DNA of 64,000 nt, taken from assembly GCA_963843795.1 (NCBI GenBank), contig CAWJLW010000006.1:2926375-2990374 (forward strand), written 5' to 3'. The first letter of the stretch is position 1. The number at the start of each line of letters is the position of its first letter. This stretch comes from an uncultured bacterium (GTDB lineage: Bacteria; Armatimonadota; Abditibacteriia; Abditibacteriales; Abditibacteriaceae). A model generated the notes under the pieces. The model made no database searches. It was not told where the DNA came from and worked only from the letters and a program-made list of their open reading frames with translations. The position numbers and the translations under genes are program-made. Shown piece by piece: positions 55,854 to 64,000 of this stretch.

Positions 55854-55890
55854 AAAAAGCCCCGCTCGAAATGAATCGAGCGAGGCTTTT
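55854..55890 (-). terminator. rRNA operon terminator
   Basis: Minus strand AAAAGCCTCGCTCGA-6nt-TCGAGCGGGGCTTTTT immediately after 5S. Confidence 0.8.
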
Positions 55891-55898
55891 CAAAAAGA

Positions 55899-56015
55899 TC
55901 GTGGCGGCGACCTACTTTCCCATACAGTTGCCCATACAGTATCATCGGCGCTGAGAGGCTTAACTTCCGTGTTCGGAATGGAAACGGGTGTGACCCTCTC
56001 GCAATGACCACCACA
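55899..56015 (-). rRNA. rrf: 5S rRNA
   Basis: Reverse complement contains CACACCCGTTTCCATTCCGAACACGGAAGTTAAG, GCCGATGATACTG, GGAAAGTAGGTCGCCGCC. Ends approximate. Confidence 0.95.
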
Positions 56016-56117
56016 AATTGTTCAGGGATTTAAAAGTCCGAAGACTCTACCCTGAAAACTGCATGAGTGAAAGAGAAATCCAATTTCGCAAGCGAGGCAA
56101 GTGCCTAATAATTCAAA

Positions 56118-59071
<2,954 letters not shown>

Positions 59072-59400
59072 ACGATAATCGTAATCATTACACAGCGAAC
59101 CGAAGTTCAAAGTGCAATTTTATTCACGCAAATATGAATTATATCTTTATCGAGATTAACTCGAAAAAGAAACTCGACGAAATTGGTTTTCTCTTTCACT
59201 CTATGCAGTTTTCAAGGTATTCAACCGAAGCTCGCATTACTGTGGGCGCGTTGCCCTTTCATGCCAGCGGCTGATTCGAATTGCTACAAACAGGTTTGTA
59301 TGAACTCGTATCAACAGCTCTTTTTCGGATTGTTCAAGGTGCGAACTACTCGCTTTTCCAGCAGACTCCAGGAACTTCATTCGTCCGGCAGCAAGAAGAA

Positions 59401-59429
59401 ATCTTATCGCATTCGAAGAAGAAGTGCAA
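59401..59429 (-). promoter_or_regulatory. rrn promoter (proximal)
   Basis: TTGCAC-17bp-TAAGAT with upstream A/T tract. Confidence 0.7.
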
Positions 59430-59597
59430 CCCCTTTTCAAAATATTTTTTAGTTTTTTTTCTCGACGCTCAATTCAACTGCATCATTCGACTATACAGAG
59501 AATTAAACGAACACTAGAGAATTTATTCTAAAAACAGATTGAGAAGGTGCAGTGCGAGCAATAATTTTTACTGCTTCGCACTTAGGGGCGAAGAGAA

Positions 59598-59626
59598 ATT
59601 CTAACCGGCTTCGAACTCTTCGTCAA
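59598..59626 (-). promoter_or_regulatory. rrn promoter (middle)
   Basis: TTGACG-17bp-TAGAAT with upstream AAAATATTTT tract. Confidence 0.85.
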
Positions 59627-59794
59627 CCCCTTTTGCAAAATATTTTTAGAATTTTTTCTCGTCACTCATCTCGTCGTCCTGTTTGGATCAGACAGGGAAA
59701 GGGAAATGCGCGGCGATAAATTATCTAAAAACGAATTGAGAAGGTGCAAAGCAAGAAATAATTTCTCGCTGCCCTGTGGTAGGGGCGAAGAGAA

Positions 59795-59823
59795 ATTCTA
59801 CAGGGGATTGATGAACGCGTCAA
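59795..59823 (-). promoter_or_regulatory. rrn promoter (distal)
   Basis: TTGACG-17bp-TAGAAT with upstream AAAATATTTT tract. Confidence 0.85.
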
Positions 59824-60058
59824 GGGGTTTTCAAAAATATTTTAGGTTTTATTTTTGGAGCCTCAAATTTCGAGAGCGCAAAACTAGCCGCCAGTCCTTA
59901 CCAAGCACTTATGGCTCAGGCGATTTAGGGTTATATAAATTTTGGTTTGCATCACAAGGAAAGATCACCCCTAAAGCCTCCGATCACAGCCCCAGCGCAA
60001 ACATTTAGCACAAGAAATGCGGCAAAGAATCTTTTTCCAATTGCGTTGGTGCATCCAC

Positions 60059-61078
60059 TCACGCTGCAAGTACTTGCAGCGTATCGTCACGACGTAGTGA
60101 AGCGTGCAAGCAATCGCGCAGAATGTCTTCGAGTTCGGACATGCTTTGCACCTGACACAAGCGGTCGCGCAGGCGAGCCGATTCGGGCATTCCTTTCGTG
60201 TACCATGCGGCATGACGACGCATTTCGTTCATCGCAGTGCGCTCGCCTTTCAATTTCAATAGTTCGCCCGCGTGCCACAGTGCGGTATCGATCTTTTCTT
60301 GCGCGCTCGGTTCTTCGATTTCGCTGCCATCTTCGAGATAACGCGCGATCGCGGCGAAAATGAATGGGTTGCCTTGCGCGGCGCGACCAATCATCACGGC
60401 ATCACAGCCGGTTTCATCGAACATGCGTTTGGCATCCGCACCATTATGCACATCGCCGCCGCCGATAACGGGAATCGAAACGACCTCTTTGATGCGACGA
60501 ATCACCGACCAATCGGACAAACCGGTGAAGGCTTGTCGTGCAGTGCGTGGATGACAAGTGACGGCGACCGCGCCGACATCCTGCGCGCGTTGGGCGACTT
60601 CGGGCGCGGTGATATTGTGTTCATCCCAGCCCGCGCGCATTTTCACCGTGACAGGAACGCCATGAACTGCCGCGCCTTGAACAGTCGCTTCGATAATATC
60701 TTGTGCTAATTCCGGCGTTTTCATCAGCAAACAGCCCGCACCGCACTTAGCGATTTTGGGCACGCTGCAACCCATGTTGATATCGATGGCGTCGGGCTTG
60801 GAGGCGGCAATCATCGTTGCGGCTTCGCGCATCAAAGCGGGATCGGAGCCAAAAATCTGCACGGCGACCGGTCGTTCTTCTTCGCAAAACCACGCCAATT
60901 GATGCGACTTTTCCAGCGATTTCGCGCCGCCCATAATCAGGGCGTTAGACGAGACGAGTTCGGAGAAACTCATGCCCGCGCCGTAACGACGACACAGCAA
61001 GCGAAACGGACTGGATGTGATGCCCGCCATCGGAGCCAAAACTAAATCCGGTTGTACGTCAATTCCTGCAATCTTCAT
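60059..61078 (-). CDS. dusB: tRNA-dihydrouridine synthase B
   Basis: 'LAPMAGIT', 'VQIFGSDP', 'IDINMGC', 'TVKMRAGW', 'VMIGRAAQGNP'. Confidence 0.93.
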   Translation of the reverse strand: MKIAGIDVQPDLVLAPMAGITSSPFRLLCRRYGAGMSFSELVSSNALIMGGAKSLEKSHQLAWFCEEERPVAVQIFGSDPALMREAATMIAASKPDAIDINMGCSVPKIAKCGAGCLLMKTPELAQDIIEATVQGAAVHGVPVTVKMRAGWDEHNITAPEVAQRAQDVGAVAVTCHPRTARQAFTGLSDWSVIRRIKEVVSIPVIGGGDVHNGADAKRMFDETGCDAVMIGRAAQGNPFIFAAIARYLEDGSEIEEPSAQEKIDTALWHAGELLKLKGERTAMNEMRRHAAWYTKGMPESARLRDRLCQVQSMSELEDILRDCLHASLRRDDTLQVLAA

Positions 61079-61082
61079 AAAG

Positions 61083-61622
61083 TCAACTTGGCATTTGCGC
61101 CACTAATTTTTCCACTAAAATCTGCACATCGGTTTCGACAATCATTGCATCGAAATACTTCGATTTCCAGAATCCGTCGGCAACGGCACGCTCCAAAAAA
61201 CGCAAAAAATCGTCGTAATATCCATCAATGTTTAAGATGCCAACCGGTTTGGAATGTAGACCGATCATGCTCCACGTCACGATTTCGCTCCACTCGTCCA
61301 GCGTACCCAGACCGCCCGGCAACGTGATAAACGCCGAACTCAACTCTGCCATCATCGCTTTACGTTGCGCGAGAGTTTCGACATAACGCATATCGGCGAC
61401 GTTTTCGTCGGCAATTTCGCCCAGTCCGCTTGCCATTACACCAATCACTGGCGCGCCATTTTCGCGCGCGCTGCTTGCAACGATTTGCATTAGGCCAGAG
61501 CGCGTGCCGCCATAAACCAAACCGCAATCGCGCTGCGCCAAAGCCAAACCTGTATCGCGCGCAGCTTGCGCGTATTGGGGACGCGCGCCATTTTTCGAGC
61601 CACAGAAAACTGCAATATTCAT
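61083..61622 (-). CDS. LOG family nucleotide phosphoribohydrolase (TIGR00730-like)
   Basis: 'AVFCGS', 'LVYGG..GLM', 'RK..M', PGGLGTLDE. Confidence 0.92.
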   Translation of the reverse strand: MNIAVFCGSKNGARPQYAQAARDTGLALAQRDCGLVYGGTRSGLMQIVASSARENGAPVIGVMASGLGEIADENVADMRYVETLAQRKAMMAELSSAFITLPGGLGTLDEWSEIVTWSMIGLHSKPVGILNIDGYYDDFLRFLERAVADGFWKSKYFDAMIVETDVQILVEKLVAQMPS

Positions 61623-61679
61623 ACGTGTTGAAGAGAAAGGAGAAAAGACGGTAACAACTACTTGCAGGACAAGTTTCTC

Positions 61680-62498
61680 TCAAGAACTTTCTACGTTCGG
61701 TGCGACTTCTCCGCGTCTCTGCGCGAAATCGTTTTCCCAAATTAAGCGCAAGCCGTCCAATGTTAATGTCGGCTCGATGTGCCCGATTTGCGGGACTAGG
61801 GGCGCAATTGTCGGCGCTAAACCGCCAGTCGCTACTATCGCCACTGATTCTGCGTTCAATTCATCGACACAGCGCGAAACCAGCTCTTTTACTAAGCCTG
61901 CGTAACCAAACAAAATCCCGGCAGAAATTGAATCCAACGTGTTGCGACCCAGGGCACTTGGCGGCGCGCGCAGGGCATCCAAACGCTCGACGCGCGGCAA
62001 TTTGGCGGCGCGCGCAAATAAGGCATCGGTCGAAATTCCCACGCCCGGTGCCAAACTGCCACCCAAATATTCGCCGCGCGCTGACACCGCATCAACGGTT
62101 GTCGCCGTCCCAAAATCGACGATCACGCACGCGCTACCGAACTTGCGCCACGCCGCGACGCCATTGACCAGACGATCTGCGCCGACTTCGTGTGGATTGT
62201 CGTAACGATTGACCAAACCCGTCTCGACGCCGCGCCCAATAACCAGTGGTTCCAAACGCAGATACCTGCGACACACACCAATCGCAGCGGGCGTGAGCGA
62301 AGGCACGACGCTCGAAATCGCCGCGCCTTTCACGTCTGCAAAATCCAACTGCTGCGAAGAAAAAACAAAGCCCAAAAATGCGGCTAACTCGTCTTCAGTG
62401 CGCTCGCGCAAGGTCGATAAACGCCACTGCGTCCATCTGTTATCGCGCCACGCACCGATGACGATATTGGTGTTACCAATGTCGAAAGCAAGAAACAT
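61680..62498 (-). CDS. coaX: Type III pantothenate kinase
   Basis: 'FDIGNTN', 'SSVVP', 'GADR', 'VDFGTATT', 'ATGG'. Confidence 0.95.
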   Translation of the reverse strand: MFLAFDIGNTNIVIGAWRDNRWTQWRLSTLRERTEDELAAFLGFVFSSQQLDFADVKGAAISSVVPSLTPAAIGVCRRYLRLEPLVIGRGVETGLVNRYDNPHEVGADRLVNGVAAWRKFGSACVIVDFGTATTVDAVSARGEYLGGSLAPGVGISTDALFARAAKLPRVERLDALRAPPSALGRNTLDSISAGILFGYAGLVKELVSRCVDELNAESVAIVATGGLAPTIAPLVPQIGHIEPTLTLDGLRLIWENDFAQRRGEVAPNVESS

Positions 62499-62609
62499 AG
62501 GCGGTGAAAGTGAACCGAAATACAGGCAACAAACGCCCCGCAAGTACTTGCGGGGCGAGTTTACAAAAGCGCGATTTACGCTCGAGATTCCGTTTGCATT
62601 CCGCGAGAT

Positions 62610-62843
62610 TTAACCTTTAGCTTTATTTTCATCGCTTTCCGGCACAGCCGCTTCGGCAGCTTCGAAACCGATGCGGCTGTGCGTGCCATCGCAGAACGGT
62701 TTGTTAGTGCTAGCGCCGCAGCGACACAGGGAAAACTTTTCCTTGCCGATTTCGACCGGCGTGCCATCGGCCCATTCCATCTCGACATCGCCCGTCACAC
62801 GCAGCGGGCCGTTCTTTGCAATCACGATTTTCACATCTGCCAT
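62610..62843 (-). CDS. CDGSH iron-sulfur domain protein
   Basis: 'NGPL.V', 'LCRCGASTNKPFCDGTH'; AAGGAG RBS. Confidence 0.92.
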   Translation of the reverse strand: MADVKIVIAKNGPLRVTGDVEMEWADGTPVEIGKEKFSLCRCGASTNKPFCDGTHSRIGFEAAEAAVPESDENKAKG

Positions 62844-62888
62844 AATTTTTCTCCTTAATTCTCGCGCTGCAAGTACTTGCAGCGCACG

Positions 62889-64000
62889 TCACGCGCTTTC
62901 GCTGTCATCTTCGCTCAATGAAGGGTCGCTTAAAGGGCGATCATTGAACGCGCTATCCAAGCGCACGCGCAGCAGATGCGGGCGCAGCATATTAGCGCGT
63001 AACTGGTCGCGTTCTTCGGCTGCTATAGCGCGGCCATGCAAAACTTGTAGGTAAGCGGGACGAATCCACACCATAAGTTCGTTGAAACGCTGACGCGTCA
63101 AGCCTTTGACCCAGTTCATTTCGTGGCCCAGCCGTAGCGCCGACAAATGTTCGGTCGCTTCGCGGCATCCGATGCGGCGAGCGTTGCGCAAAATGCCGAA
63201 AGCGCGACCGATGCCGTCGCGGGTTTCGCTTTCCCATTTTTCGGGCAACCTGGCGCGCGCCTCGCGCTCCATCTCGCACATCTCGCGCGCCGCGCGTTCG
63301 ATGTCCAGCAAAATTTGCGCTTCATCGGTGCCAATCGCGTTTTGATTCGACAATTGATGCACATCGCCCCACAATTTCGAGCCTTCGCCAAACGTGCCGC
63401 GCAAAACCAGACCACGATTTTCGCACCATTTGCGCGTGCGCTCGGTTTTGCCACTGATTTCCAGTGCCGGTAAATGCAACATCACGCTCGCGCGCAAACC
63501 GGTTCCCGCATTGGTCGGACAGGTCGTGAGATAACCGAATTTCGGATCGTAAGCAAAGCCACCACGACTGTCAAAGTGCGCTTCCAAAGCGTCGTCCAAC
63601 TTGTCGGCGAGATTAAATGCCGCGTCGAGTTGCAAGCCGGGCAGAAGGCTTTGCACGCGCAAATGATCTTCCTCATTGACCAGAACCGAAAGCGAAGCAT
63701 CGGAGCACGCGGCCAAACCGCGACCGAGTTCATCTTTGATATGTTCGCGCGAAGTGAGATGGCGGTCGATCAGACTTTGACGCTCCCAACCGGTGAACTC
63801 TTCAAAGGGCAGCAAGTGCGCGCCCGACAAGCCGCCGGGATTGTCGCCTGTGAGATGCAAAGCGGTGAAAATGCGGTGACGAATTAAGACCAAATCGTGG
63901 GCGGTGGCGCGGTGCGGAAATTCGAAGCGACGCAGGTTGCGCGCCAGTCGCACGCGCGACGAAAGCACGATATCGTTATCGCGCCCGCCGCGTCGCATCC
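62889..64000 (-). CDS. mcsB: Protein-arginine kinase / ATP:guanido phosphotransferase (McsB-like); 5' end probably outside window
   Basis: 'SSRVRLARNL', 'VNEEDHLR', 'GYLTTCPTNAGTGLRASVMLHLP', 'QLSNQ'. Confidence 0.85.
   Translation of the reverse strand, partial: MRRGGRDNDIVLSSRVRLARNLRRFEFPHRATAHDLVLIRHRIFTALHLTGDNPGGLSGAHLLPFEEFTGWERQSLIDRHLTSREHIKDELGRGLAACSDASLSVLVNEEDHLRVQSLLPGLQLDAAFNLADKLDDALEAHFDSRGGFAYDPKFGYLTTCPTNAGTGLRASVMLHLPALEISGKTERTRKWCENRGLVLRGTFGEGSKLWGDVHQLSNQNAIGTDEAQILLDIERAAREMCEMEREARARLPEKWESETRDGIGRAFGILRNARRIGCREATEHLSALRLGHEMNWVKGLTRQRFNELMVWIRPAYLQVLHGRAIAAEERDQLRANMLRPHLLRVRLDSAFNDRPLSDPSLSEDDSESA

Noticed and set aside
59072..60058. tRNA or 16S remnant upstream of 23S
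   Set aside because: No cloverleaf/TTC arm and no 16S 3'-end (GATCACCTCC) seen; the region is explained by promoters and leader.

Overview
Bacterial chromosome segment of moderately high GC. Gene content suggests an Armatimonadota/Abditibacteriota-like lineage (DUF1559 prepilin-like gene, McsB-like kinase, FemAB, Tad genes); this is inference only. Housekeeping content: argB-argD-argF-argG-argH interleaved with GH5, mutarotase and sulfatase genes; rnd; yraN-comM; tadA-tadB-tadC; pncA-pncB; pepD; dusB; coaX; mcsB; and a 23S-5S rRNA unit with no linked 16S, preceded by three promoters exactly 197 bp apart. The most striking signal is a 12-bp palindrome, GCAAGTACTTGC. I counted 38 exact copies by eye (about 0.004 expected by chance). 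It occurs inside genes in all three reading frames, sits at all six convergent gene junctions where it is often extended into loop-less perfect palindromes up to 52 bp, and is absent from the rRNA. This resembles HIP1 or DNA uptake sequences, but I do not recognise the motif. A sister palindrome, CAAAGTACTTTG, is confined to a 25-39 kb locus that looks like a peptidoglycan/cell-wall scavenging cluster. Other oddities: an orphan BREX-like (DUF6079-type) ATPase, a TadA with a duplicated N-terminal domain, a degenerate SNase lipoprotein upstream of yraN-comM, a probable ATT start codon, a REPIN, an uncalled 47-aa zinc-ribbon gene, and frameshifted genes beside the rRNA. All counts and family assignments were made by eye, without database searches.
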